Positions 9,410 through 20,937 of a DNA stretch of 46,309 nt are shown here, in pieces (the stretch's first letter is position 1; each line of letters begins with the position of its first letter). Origin of the DNA: an uncultured Clostridium sp. (GTDB taxonomy: Bacteria; Bacillota; Clostridia; TANB77; CAG-465); the NCBI GenBank assembly GCA_948470565.1, contig CAOKPF010000006.1:1-46309 (forward strand), given 5' to 3'. A program made the position numbers and the translations under genes. The notes below the pieces were generated by a model. The model had not been told where the DNA came from. It saw only the letters and a program-made list of their open reading frames with translations, and ran no database searches.

Positions 9410-11056
9410 ATGAATAATAAAATAAAAGTTACATTTCAAGATGGAAGAAATGTAGAAGTAGAATATAAAACAACAGCAGAGGAGGCTATAAAATTAGTTG
9501 AAAATAATTTAGATGGTATACTTGCATTAAAAATAAATAATGAAGTAAAATCACTTGATTATGAACTTGTAATGGATTCTACAATAGAATTTATAAAGTT
9601 TAATTCAACAGATGGGTATAGAATTTATACAAGAACATTAAAAATGGTACTATACATGGCACTTACATCACTTTATTCAGATGCAGGAGTAGAGTTTGTT
9701 TCTACAATAAGTAGAGATTTATATTTCATTACAAAAAATATAGAACTTACTCCTGAAAAAATCATAGAAATAAAGCAAAAAATGAATGAAATAATAAAAA
9801 AAGATTTGCCAATAACAAAAAGAACAGTTAATATAGAAGAGGCAACTGTACTTTATAAAGCTTCAAATAATAAAGATAAACTATTAAATATATGTAACAA
9901 TTTAAGATCATCTGTTACAATGTATTTTTGTGATTCAATGTACAATTACTTTTATGGTGCAATGGCGCCAAGTACAGGTTGTGTAAAAGTATTTGATTTA
10001 AAAATGTATAAAGATGGAGCAATGTTATTAATTCCAAATGAAAATATGCAAATTCAAGAACATAAAGAAGAAGAAAGACTATATGGTGCATATATAGAGT
10101 TTAATGAACTAAATGAAGCTATTGGTATATCTAATGTTGGAGATCTAAATGACAGAATTTTGAAAAATAAAATTAATTCTGTTATACAAGTATCAGAAGC
10201 AATACATCAAAGAGAAATGATTAATATGTCAATAGATATTGAAAAAAGAGGAAATGTAAAAATGATATTAATAGCAGGTCCATCTTCATCTGGAAAAACA
10301 ACGTTTGCACAAAAACTTGGAATTCAGCTAAAACTTAGTGGATATAACCCTGTTACAATATCTATGGATAATTACTTTGTAGAAAGAAAGGATACCCCTT
10401 TAGGAGAGGATGGAAAATATAATTTTGAGTGTGTTGAAGCTCTTGATATAGGGTTATTTAATACACAAATGAAAGATTTAGTAGATGGAAAAACAGTTGA
10501 ACTACCAGAATTTGACTTTATGTTAGGAACAAAAAAATATAATGGAAAGTATTTGAAATTACAAGAAAATGATGTATTAATAATAGAAGGAATTCATGCA
10601 TTAAATCCAATACTTACAAAATTTACACCAGATGAAAATAAATATAAAGTATATATAGCACCAATTGCAACATTAAATATAGATGGTTATACTAAAGTGT
10701 CATCTAGTGATACAAGACTTCTTAGAAGAATGGTTAGAGATTATGCAACAAGGGGACATAGTGTAGAAAGAACTTTTGATTTATGGTCAAATGTTAAAAA
10801 AGGTGAGGAAAAATATATTTTTCCTTTTGTAAGTTCAGTTGATTATATATATAATTCAAGTCTTATATATGAACCTAGTGTCATGAGAACTTTTGCACAA
10901 CCTTTATTATTACAAATTGATAGAAGTAGTCAGTATTTTTCTGAGGCAAGGAGACTATATGAATATCTTAATAATTTTTTACCAATGGAAACAGGTAATA
11001 TACCAATTGATTCTATTGTAAGAGAGTTTATTGGTAATGGATGTTTTTATAGATAA
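9410..11056 (+). CDS. Nucleoside (uridine) kinase with N-terminal TGS/ThrRS-like region
   Basis: P-loop AGPSSSGKTT, IEGIHALN and RLLRRMVRD motifs. Confidence 0.88.
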   Translation: MNNKIKVTFQDGRNVEVEYKTTAEEAIKLVENNLDGILALKINNEVKSLDYELVMDSTIEFIKFNSTDGYRIYTRTLKMVLYMALTSLYSDAGVEFVSTISRDLYFITKNIELTPEKIIEIKQKMNEIIKKDLPITKRTVNIEEATVLYKASNNKDKLLNICNNLRSSVTMYFCDSMYNYFYGAMAPSTGCVKVFDLKMYKDGAMLLIPNENMQIQEHKEEERLYGAYIEFNELNEAIGISNVGDLNDRILKNKINSVIQVSEAIHQREMINMSIDIEKRGNVKMILIAGPSSSGKTTFAQKLGIQLKLSGYNPVTISMDNYFVERKDTPLGEDGKYNFECVEALDIGLFNTQMKDLVDGKTVELPEFDFMLGTKKYNGKYLKLQENDVLIIEGIHALNPILTKFTPDENKYKVYIAPIATLNIDGYTKVSSSDTRLLRRMVRDYATRGHSVERTFDLWSNVKKGEEKYIFPFVSSVDYIYNSSLIYEPSVMRTFAQPLLLQIDRSSQYFSEARRLYEYLNNFLPMETGNIPIDSIVREFIGNGCFYR

Positions 11057-11089
11057 AAAATTTCAAAAAATGAATTTATAGAAAAAATA

Positions 11090-11126
11090 AGATACAAGAA
11101 ATAGCATTTTGCTATTTCTTGTATCT
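11090..11126. terminator. Bidirectional terminator hairpin
   Basis: Perfect 16-bp stem AGATACAAGAAATAGC / GCTATTTCTTGTATCT between convergent genes. Confidence 0.8.
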
Positions 11127-11127
11127 A

Positions 11128-11754
11128 TTAAAATAATTTTAGCAAGAGGAAAAATGTTGCTAGTAAATTATTAAAAATATGTAGTGAAATTGTAACTAGT
11201 ATATCTTTTGTCTGGTAATATCTATCTGCTAAATATAGTGATATAAGTAGATAGGAATTAATATAGTATAATGAATGATTACTACTGTTAATTACATGAA
11301 TACCAGCAAATACAAATGCTGAAATTGTAATATATAAAAATTCATTTTTTATAAATATATTAGGCAGTAACCTAAAAATAAATTCCTCTTGAATAGGATC
11401 TTTTATAACAACTATTAAAAAGAAAGAAAATATTGATGCATAGCTATAATTTTGACCAATTGATAAATGCTGTATAGGTTCTATTTTCATAATAAAAGAG
11501 TTTATTATAGTATTAGTAAAAAGTATGGGTAAAAATGCTATTATTTCCTTTTTTAATTTTTCAATTTCTATTTTTATTATATCTATTTTGTTAGTGTAGT
11601 CAAGTAATATATAGAAAAAATAGGATATACTTATAAAAATTATTGTTATTGAAAAAATAGCATTAATGATTTTTGGTAACAAAACATTACTTATTGTTAG
11701 CACACATAATATATATATTATTAGTGCTAAAAAACGTTTTTTTCTCTCTTTCAT
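11128..11754 (-). CDS. CPBP (CAAX/Abi) family intramembrane metalloprotease
   Basis: EEFIFR, FAGIH and HIFNN motifs. AGGAGG RBS. TTGACA-17-TATAAT on the minus strand at 11807-11835. Confidence 0.85.
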   Translation of the reverse strand: MKERKKRFLALIIYILCVLTISNVLLPKIINAIFSITIIFISISYFFYILLDYTNKIDIIKIEIEKLKKEIIAFLPILFTNTIINSFIMKIEPIQHLSIGQNYSYASIFSFFLIVVIKDPIQEEFIFRLLPNIFIKNEFLYITISAFVFAGIHVINSSNHSLYYINSYLLISLYLADRYYQTKDILVTISLHIFNNLLATFFLLLKLF

Positions 11755-11884
11755 ATATATCCTCCTATAACTTAAATTTAATTTATATATGCTAATTGAT
11801 ATATAGATTATACATCAAAAAATATATTATGTCAAATAAAATTATGAAAAAAGATAGAATAAATTATATATTACACTAAAACAC

Positions 11885-12296
11885 TTGAAATTTTATGTGA
11901 AGTGTGAGGGACGTTCCATAAATAAATGTTACAATTTTTATGTAAAGTTTTTTACTTAGTAATAAAACAGAATAAATTTCAATGTCATTAACTTAAGCTA
12001 TAAGGCTTGTAAATAGTTGTTGAAAGTACTGTTTACCTTCACACTTCACAGAATAATTTAAAATATTAGATTGTAAAAAATAAATTTGATTTTTATACAA
12101 TTAAGCATGTAAAATCAATGTGCTCTTAAGTTAATGAATTGATTATAATGTGCTGTTTTGTCATGCTATTTAATATAAACTTTTTTACATATTCAAAATT
12201 CACCACTAAATAAATGAATTTAAAATTTATTTAGTGGTAAATTTTAAGTCTACATAAAAATTGTAACATTTATTTATGGAACGTCCCTGATATAAT
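11885..12296 (+). promoter_or_regulatory. sigmaA promoter of ORF 12343, split by the MITE
   Basis: TTGAAA at 11885-11890 and TATAAT at 12291-12296 become 17 bp apart when the element and one TGA are removed. Confidence 0.7.
11908..12287. mobile_element. 380-bp MITE with perfect 37-bp terminal inverted repeats and TGA target duplication
   Basis: GGGACGTTCCATAAATAAATGTTACAATTTTTATGTA at 11908-11944 and its exact reverse complement at 12251-12287. TGA at 11905-11907 and 12288-12290. No ORF. Confidence 0.88.
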
Positions 12297-12342
12297 AATT
12301 GCGTATCAAAAAATATACTAAATTAATTAAGGAGGTAGTTAT

Positions 12343-12666
12343 ATGTTTATAGAAAAATTAACTTATGAACAGAAAAATCAAATAAGAGAAAAAATTAGAA
12401 AAGAAATTGGGGATTCTTGTTATCGAATGTCAGTAGAAAATATGATTGTTTATGGTGAAGAGGCGGTTGAATTTTTTGTATATGATAATGAGATTGGAAA
12501 TTATCGCATTATTGTTACAGATACCCATTTATTTTCAACACATTATAAAATGGGGAATACAAATGAAATTAAACTTCATGCAGTTATTTGTAAAGAGATG
12601 CGTAATTTCTTTGGTGAAGAATATAAGGATTACTTTATGAAACAACGGGAAGCAATTTTTGAATAA
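12343..12666 (+). CDS. Hypothetical protein
   Basis: AAGGAGG RBS and a downstream hairpin at about 12728-12769. Confidence 0.75.
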   Translation: MFIEKLTYEQKNQIREKIRKEIGDSCYRMSVENMIVYGEEAVEFFVYDNEIGNYRIIVTDTHLFSTHYKMGNTNEIKLHAVICKEMRNFFGEEYKDYFMKQREAIFE

Positions 12667-12897
12667 GGTATGCGTCGTAAATAAAAATTGTATGGAAAGT
12701 ATTCTTAATAACTTATAATCATTTTTAGTCCGTCTAAATGTTATATTAATTAACATTTATGGCGGATTAACTTTTGTATACATAAAAATTTGTAAAATAT
12801 ATTGCAATTATTAAATTATTAATGTATAATATTAATGCAGTTTATTAAAATTATTCTAAGAAATCATAGAATAAATATATTAATTAAGGAGGATATT

Positions 12898-13857
12898 ATG
12901 AAAAATATAGTTATATCAGGGAGTAGTAAATTACAAAATGAAGTAAGAATTTGGATAAAACATTTTGTGGAAAGAGGGTATGTAATTTTAGATTATCCTG
13001 TATATGTAGAAATTGAAAATTACAGTCGTGAACTACCAGTAGTATATAGGAACTTTTATCGCTCAATAGAAAAGACAGATGTATTTTTCTGCATGAATGA
13101 AGATAAAAATGGTGAATATGGCTATATAGGTAGTAGTATGATTGCAGAAATTACATTTGCAGTTATGCAAAATTTAATTTATAGTAAAAACATTGACATT
13201 TACATTCTTAAAATGCCACAAAAAACCAGTAATGTATATGATGAAATAAAATTTTTTTATGATATGGGATGGATAAAGTTGTATAATGAAGCTTTTACTT
13301 TAAGAGAACAAATTCAAAACTATAATCCATATGATGATAAAGAGTTTATTGATAAAAGTTACTTTATTAATTGCTTTAATAATTTTAATGATCTTTTGAC
13401 AAGAAAAAATAGAATTGTGCATTTTACATCATCAGCATTAGTATTAAATAAGGATAGAAGTAAATGTTTAGTTGTATATCATAATATATACGATGGTTGG
13501 ATATATCCAGGTGGACATGCAGATGGCAATGAAGATCTACTGGCAGTTGCCGTTAGGGAAGTAGAAGAGGAAACAGGTCAAAAAGTAAAAGTACTAGATA
13601 AGTCTATTTACTCTATACAAAGTTTTGCAATAGATGCACATATTAAAAGAGGAGAGTTTATTCCTTCACATGTACATTTAGATGTAGCATATTTGTTTGA
13701 AGCTGATGATACAGTTCCTTTAACTTATAGAGAAGATGAAAGTAAAGGCGCAAAATGGATTTTATTAGAAGATATATCAAAAGAAAAAATTGTATATTTT
13801 GCAAAGCCTGTTTTTGAGAAACTATTAAAAAAACTGAAATCAAATAGTATGATTTGA
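12898..13857 (+). CDS. Nudix hydrolase fused to an N-terminal nucleoside-deoxyribosyltransferase-like domain
   Basis: Nudix box GGHADGNEDLLAVAVREVEEETG with HFTSS and HVHLD. N-terminal ISGS...IEKTDVFFCMN...GYIGSSMIAEITFA. AAGGAGG before ATG 12898. Confidence 0.8.
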   Translation: MKNIVISGSSKLQNEVRIWIKHFVERGYVILDYPVYVEIENYSRELPVVYRNFYRSIEKTDVFFCMNEDKNGEYGYIGSSMIAEITFAVMQNLIYSKNIDIYILKMPQKTSNVYDEIKFFYDMGWIKLYNEAFTLREQIQNYNPYDDKEFIDKSYFINCFNNFNDLLTRKNRIVHFTSSALVLNKDRSKCLVVYHNIYDGWIYPGGHADGNEDLLAVAVREVEEETGQKVKVLDKSIYSIQSFAIDAHIKRGEFIPSHVHLDVAYLFEADDTVPLTYREDESKGAKWILLEDISKEKIVYFAKPVFEKLLKKLKSNSMI

Positions 13858-13875
13858 ATATAAGGAGCATAAATT

Positions 13876-14130
13876 ATGGTAGAAAATAATGAAATAAATA
13901 TAATGAGTAATAAATTATGTCAGGAATTAATGAAAAAATTATTAATGCCAGAATTAACAAAGTCATATTTAAAAGCTAAAATATATTCTAATGATAAAAT
14001 TAGCATATTGGGAATAATAGTTTATGTTGAATTTGTTAATGGAAATGATGGGGATTGGTTTGAGATTATAGAGTTAAAAGGAAAGATAGCTTATTTAAAA
14101 AGAATTACTACTATTAATTTACTAAACTAA
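13876..14130 (+). CDS. Hypothetical protein
   Basis: AAGGAG RBS, directly downstream of the Nudix gene. Confidence 0.65.
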   Translation: MVENNEINIMSNKLCQELMKKLLMPELTKSYLKAKIYSNDKISILGIIVYVEFVNGNDGDWFEIIELKGKIAYLKRITTINLLN

Positions 14131-14158
14131 TAATAAATATGTATTAGTATATGTAAAA

Positions 14159-14248
14159 GAAGCTGCCAAAAAGTTTATTAATATAAAATATAACAATAAA
14201 AATCATTGAAAATACATATGTAAATTCAATGATTTTTTATTTTTTACT
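14159..14248. repeat. Dispersed palindromic repeat, copy 3, with extended flank
   Basis: Core AAAAATCATTGAAAATACATATGTAAATTCAATGATTTTT from 14198. The flank aligns by eye with the 30430-30526 copy in reverse. Confidence 0.8.
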
Positions 14249-15038
14249 GATATTTTTTAGTATTATTTTTTGTTTTAAAAAAATTATAAAGTGCTTGCTC
14301 TATTTTATAACTAATTGAAAAATATTCTTTTGGTAAAAATGTGTTAAAAAATTCAGGATTAAACTTTATATAATTTAAAAAGGCATTTTCAACACAAATG
14401 TTATTCTCAGAAAACAAGTCAATCACAGTATATACATTGTATATATATACACGATGATTTTTTATGCCATAATTTTCCATTAACCATTCTGTAAAATATT
14501 CTGTTAAACCTTCATTAATAAAAAGGATTAAACAGTAGTTTTTAGTTTGGTGACTTAGAGCATGTAAAAGTTCATGTACTACACTTTGTATGCAAGCTTC
14601 TTTTGAGAAATATTTTATATTTTTTTTAAAAGAAATAAACACATCAAGCTCTTTGTGAATAATATCATTGTAAAAAAATCCACCTATTGATTTTGGAAGA
14701 TTTACTTTATGTATATGAATATTTGAAAAATTTACATTACAATTAGCACTTTTTATAATATTTTTTGCCTCTTCAATAATTTCTAATTCTTCATCTGTAA
14801 ATTTTTGAAATTTGAAAATGATACTTTTAATTTTTATTAATATTTCTATATAAATATCACGTATATTTATTATATAAAGTATACCAATAAAAATTATATT
14901 TATAGTTGCAGCTATAATATTTTTTTCTATAATTGCAGATATAATGTTTTTAACCAAAACATAACTTAATAAAAATATAATTAATAAATGTAATGTAATA
15001 AAAATACTTTTAATCCGTTTTTCTAACTGTACCAACAT
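14244..15038 (-). CDS. Membrane-anchored zincin-like metallopeptidase
   Basis: Two N-terminal hydrophobic segments, HELLH and downstream NEGLTE. Confidence 0.7.
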   Translation of the reverse strand: MLVQLEKRIKSIFITLHLLIIFLLSYVLVKNIISAIIEKNIIAATINIIFIGILYIINIRDIYIEILIKIKSIIFKFQKFTDEELEIIEEAKNIIKSANCNVNFSNIHIHKVNLPKSIGGFFYNDIIHKELDVFISFKKNIKYFSKEACIQSVVHELLHALSHQTKNYCLILFINEGLTEYFTEWLMENYGIKNHRVYIYNVYTVIDLFSENNICVENAFLNYIKFNPEFFNTFLPKEYFSISYKIEQALYNFFKTKNNTKKYQ

Positions 15039-15053
15039 AATTATTGCCCTCCT

Positions 15054-15890
15054 TTAAATCAAAGCTAATTCAATAGGTTTTAATATTTCTTTAAAATAAT
15101 TTTCTACATTTATCATAAATTCTGATTTACTTTCTGCAATTTCTCTAAAATAGCTAATTTTATTTGAAACTATTTGTGAATATGATTTATTGTCTTTATC
15201 TAAATAGGGTGCAACTGCAATGCTTTTGTCAAATGGATATGCCAAAATACATTGTTGATTGATTTTTATTTCAGGGGAATTATTTAAAACATTCCTTATA
15301 CAACTTATATATGTTAATAATTCATTTTTATTAGCATATATTACAACATTATCATATGAATTTTGACCATTAGCATTATTAATTTTAAATTGATAATGTA
15401 AATGAAATAATTCACACTGCTTTATAAATAATAAAGCAAATTTATGTAGGTACGAATTATCAACAGCTAGATAAATTCTATGAGTAGATACATTTACAGA
15501 ACAGCCCTTTATTTTATCTGAATATATTTTAAACCACCCAGATAAATTTAAAATTTTCATATTAAATCCATTATGTAATAATTGTTCTAAACTTATACTA
15601 TTGCCATTAGTAGGGATTATTGCTAGTTTTTTTAGTTCAGCTTTAAATTGTTCTAATGATAATCCTGCAGAAATAGTATTTGGGAATAAAGAAATATTTT
15701 CTCCCTTTAGTAAACTCTTTAAGTTTTTATGAGTGTGGTATTTGTACATTAAAAATAGTTTTAAATTTTCAAAATCAGAATAATTAAAGCTTGATTTTGG
15801 CTGATTGTATTTTTTTAAAAAGTCAGATATATTATCTATTACATCATTGTTAATGTTTTCTAAAAGAATATTTTTCAATAATTGTTGCAT
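15054..15890 (-). CDS. Hypothetical protein with HopA1-like domain resemblance
   Basis: HRIYLAV...YQFKI...DNVVIY pattern. AAGGAGG RBS. Confidence 0.55.
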   Translation of the reverse strand: MQQLLKNILLENINNDVIDNISDFLKKYNQPKSSFNYSDFENLKLFLMYKYHTHKNLKSLLKGENISLFPNTISAGLSLEQFKAELKKLAIIPTNGNSISLEQLLHNGFNMKILNLSGWFKIYSDKIKGCSVNVSTHRIYLAVDNSYLHKFALLFIKQCELFHLHYQFKINNANGQNSYDNVVIYANKNELLTYISCIRNVLNNSPEIKINQQCILAYPFDKSIAVAPYLDKDNKSYSQIVSNKISYFREIAESKSEFMINVENYFKEILKPIELALI

Positions 15891-16099
15891 ATATAGTCCT
15901 CCTTAAATTTAATTAAAATTAATTTACATAATATCAATACTTTTATATTATATCATAGTTACAATTAATTTACAAGAAAAAGCAAAAGTTATGTAAATTT
16001 TTATTATAATATTATAATTTTTTAGTTTTATTCTTTTTGTTATTGCACATATAGTAGATATTTGATATAATATAGCAAATTCGTTATATATTTTTTTGA

Positions 16100-17248
<1,149 letters not shown>

Positions 17249-17343
17249 TTTTTAAAATACAAAAAATATTGAAAAATTTTGTCCAATCTATTGAAAAATA
17301 AATATTGTTGCGGTAAAATATAGCTATACAATAAGGGAGGTAG

Positions 17344-18360
<1,017 letters not shown>

Positions 18361-18437
18361 TATGATAAAATGTTATAATATATAAAGATAGGCTAGCTTA
18401 AACAAATAGGCTAGCCTTAAGTAAAAGAGGGGATAAA

Positions 18438-19616
18438 ATGTTAAATAAAAAAAATGTTGAAGATATAGATGTAATGTCAAAAAAAGTATTAGTAAGATGT
18501 GACTTTAATGTACCACTTGACAAAGAAACTGGGAAAATTACAAGTGATAAAAGAATAGTTGAATCTTTAAAAACAATAAATTATTTGATTAATCATAGTG
18601 CAAAAGTTATATTATGTTCTCATTTAGGTAAAACTGGTCAAAATAAATCATTAGAACCTGTTGCAAAAAGGCTTAGTGAATTGCTTTCTAAAAATGTAGT
18701 TTTACTAAAAGATATATTATCAGATGAAACTAAAAATTATATAGAAAATATGGAAGATTCTGATGTTGTACTATTAGAAAATACAAGAATGTATGAGGAA
18801 GAGGAAAAAAATGATATAGAATTTTCAAGAAAACTTGCCTCCCTTGCTGATATATTTGTAAATGATGCGTTTGGCACTGCACATAGAGCACACGCCTCAA
18901 CAGAGGGAGTAACAAAATTTTTACCATCAGTATGTGGTTATTTAATTGAAAAGGAAATTTTGGCTTTAGATAAGGCGATAAATGATCCAAAAAGACCATT
19001 AGTTGCAATAGTTGGAGGAGCTAAAGTATCAAGTAAAATTGCAGTATTAAATAATTTACTTGATAAAGTAGATACACTTGTAATAGGTGGTGCAATGACA
19101 TATACATTTATGAAAGCACTAGGCAAAAATATAGGTAAGTCATTATGTGAAGATGATAAAATTGATATAGCACATGAAATTATGCAAAAAGCAAAAGAAA
19201 AAAATGTAAAGTTTATATTGCCAGTAGACAATGTACTTGCAAAAGAAATGAATAATAATAGTCAAACTATTATAACTGATATGGATAATATTACAGATGA
19301 GTATATAGGAGTAGATATCGGACCAGAAACAGTAAAATTAATTAAATCAGAGATTAATACTGCTGGTACAATAATATGGAATGGTCCTGTTGGAGTGTTT
19401 GAAATTGATAATTTTGCAGAGGGAACAAAACAGATTGCTATGGCTATGGCAGATTCAAATGCTGTAACTGTAATTGGTGGTGGTGATAGTGCAGCAGCAG
19501 TAGAAAAACTAGGTTTAGAAACAAAAATGAGTCATGTTTCAACTGGTGGAGGCGCTTCATTAGAATTTATGGAGGGAAAGAAACTTCCAGGAATAGAAGC
19601 TTTGCAAGATAAATAG
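18438..19616 (+). CDS. pgk: Phosphoglycerate kinase
   Basis: RCDFNVP, DAFGTAHRAHAS, GGAKVSSKI and STGGGASLEF motifs. Confidence 0.98.
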   Translation: MLNKKNVEDIDVMSKKVLVRCDFNVPLDKETGKITSDKRIVESLKTINYLINHSAKVILCSHLGKTGQNKSLEPVAKRLSELLSKNVVLLKDILSDETKNYIENMEDSDVVLLENTRMYEEEEKNDIEFSRKLASLADIFVNDAFGTAHRAHASTEGVTKFLPSVCGYLIEKEILALDKAINDPKRPLVAIVGGAKVSSKIAVLNNLLDKVDTLVIGGAMTYTFMKALGKNIGKSLCEDDKIDIAHEIMQKAKEKNVKFILPVDNVLAKEMNNNSQTIITDMDNITDEYIGVDIGPETVKLIKSEINTAGTIIWNGPVGVFEIDNFAEGTKQIAMAMADSNAVTVIGGGDSAAAVEKLGLETKMSHVSTGGGASLEFMEGKKLPGIEALQDK

Positions 19617-19630
19617 AAAGAGAGAGTTTT

Positions 19631-20134
19631 ATGAGAAGTGCAGTAGAAAAGGAAAATAAGAAAAAGAAGAAGTATAGAGTAAATGTAAAAAAATTTGTTA
19701 TTGCAATATTTATTATACTTGTGATAATAACAATACTTATATGTGTATGTAGCAAAAAGAAAATAAGTGATAGTACTAATGTAAGTAAACTTAACAGTTC
19801 AAAATATTCAAAACAAATATTACAAGAATATGAAAAAGATGGAATGCTTGATAAATTTATAGAAGATTATGAAAATATACAAACATCAATAGGTATGTAT
19901 ATTTTAAATAATTCTACTATGGATTCAGACTCATTTACTAATATTTCTAATAGTTTGAACAAAGAATTAAAAAGTGATACTTGGAAAAGTATAGAATTGA
20001 ACCGTCCAACAACTTGGAATGGTGAATGGAAAATTGATGATGAGGGAAAACTTAAGTTTAAATTTGATACAAAAGAAATAGAACCAAGCTGGGTAAAAAA
20101 TGAAAATGTTACAGAAAAGATTTTGTTAAATTAG
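19631..20134 (+). CDS. Hypothetical membrane-anchored protein within the glycolytic operon
   Basis: Basic N-terminus, one hydrophobic segment, tight spacing to pgk and tpiA. Confidence 0.75.
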   Translation: MRSAVEKENKKKKKYRVNVKKFVIAIFIILVIITILICVCSKKKISDSTNVSKLNSSKYSKQILQEYEKDGMLDKFIEDYENIQTSIGMYILNNSTMDSDSFTNISNSLNKELKSDTWKSIELNRPTTWNGEWKIDDEGKLKFKFDTKEIEPSWVKNENVTEKILLN

Positions 20135-20145
20135 TGAGGTAAAAT

Positions 20146-20895
20146 ATGAGAAAAAAGATAATAGCAGGAAACTGGAAAATGAACTATTCTGTAAATGATG
20201 CAGAAGATTTTGTAATAAGTATAAAAGATACAATAAATACTGATAAAGTAGATGTGGTAATATGTCCAAATTATGTATCATTAGATAGAATAGAAAAAGT
20301 ACTTTATGGTTCAAACATACATCTTGGAGCACAAAACGTATATTATGAACCCAAAGGAGCATATACAGGTGAAACATCAGTGGATATGCTTTATGCGGTA
20401 AATGTTAAGTATTGTATTGTTGGTCATAGTGAAAGAAGGCAGTTATTTAAAGAAACAGATGAGGAAGTAAATAAAAAAGTACATATATTGCTTGAAAAGG
20501 GAATAAAGCCAATTATATGTGTTGGAGAAACCAAAGAAGAAAGAGATTTAAATAAAATGTTTGATAAAGTAGAAACACAGATTAAATGTGCTCTTGAAAA
20601 TGTATCTTTAGATGATGCAATGAATAATATTGTAATTGCATATGAACCAATATGGGCAATAGGTACAGGAGTAACTGCAACTTCTAATCAGGCAGAAGAA
20701 ATGTGTAAATTTATAAGAACAGTTATAGCTAAACTTTATTCTAATAAAGTTTCAGATAATATACGTATTCAATATGGTGGAAGTGTTAATCCAAAAAATA
20801 TTTCTGAACTTATGAGTATGGAAAATATTGATGGGGTTCTTGTAGGGGGAGCAAGTTTAAAAAATGATTTTGTAGCTATTGTAAATTACGACTAA
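20146..20895 (+). CDS. tpiA: Triosephosphate isomerase
   Basis: AGNWKMN, GHSERR, AYEPIWAIGTG and YGGSV motifs. Confidence 0.98.
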   Translation: MRKKIIAGNWKMNYSVNDAEDFVISIKDTINTDKVDVVICPNYVSLDRIEKVLYGSNIHLGAQNVYYEPKGAYTGETSVDMLYAVNVKYCIVGHSERRQLFKETDEEVNKKVHILLEKGIKPIICVGETKEERDLNKMFDKVETQIKCALENVSLDDAMNNIVIAYEPIWAIGTGVTATSNQAEEMCKFIRTVIAKLYSNKVSDNIRIQYGGSVNPKNISELMSMENIDGVLVGGASLKNDFVAIVNYD

Positions 20896-20937
20896 AAGTG
20901 GTATAATATAAAAGCTGTTAGAAACAGTAGAAAGAGT

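Noticed and set aside
11908-12287. Canonical IS110/IS1111 bridge RNA or Cas12k crRNA
   Set aside because: Only the left flank is matched. No right-target guide was found, the match does not start directly after GTTGAAAG, and no recombinase or Cas gene is present.
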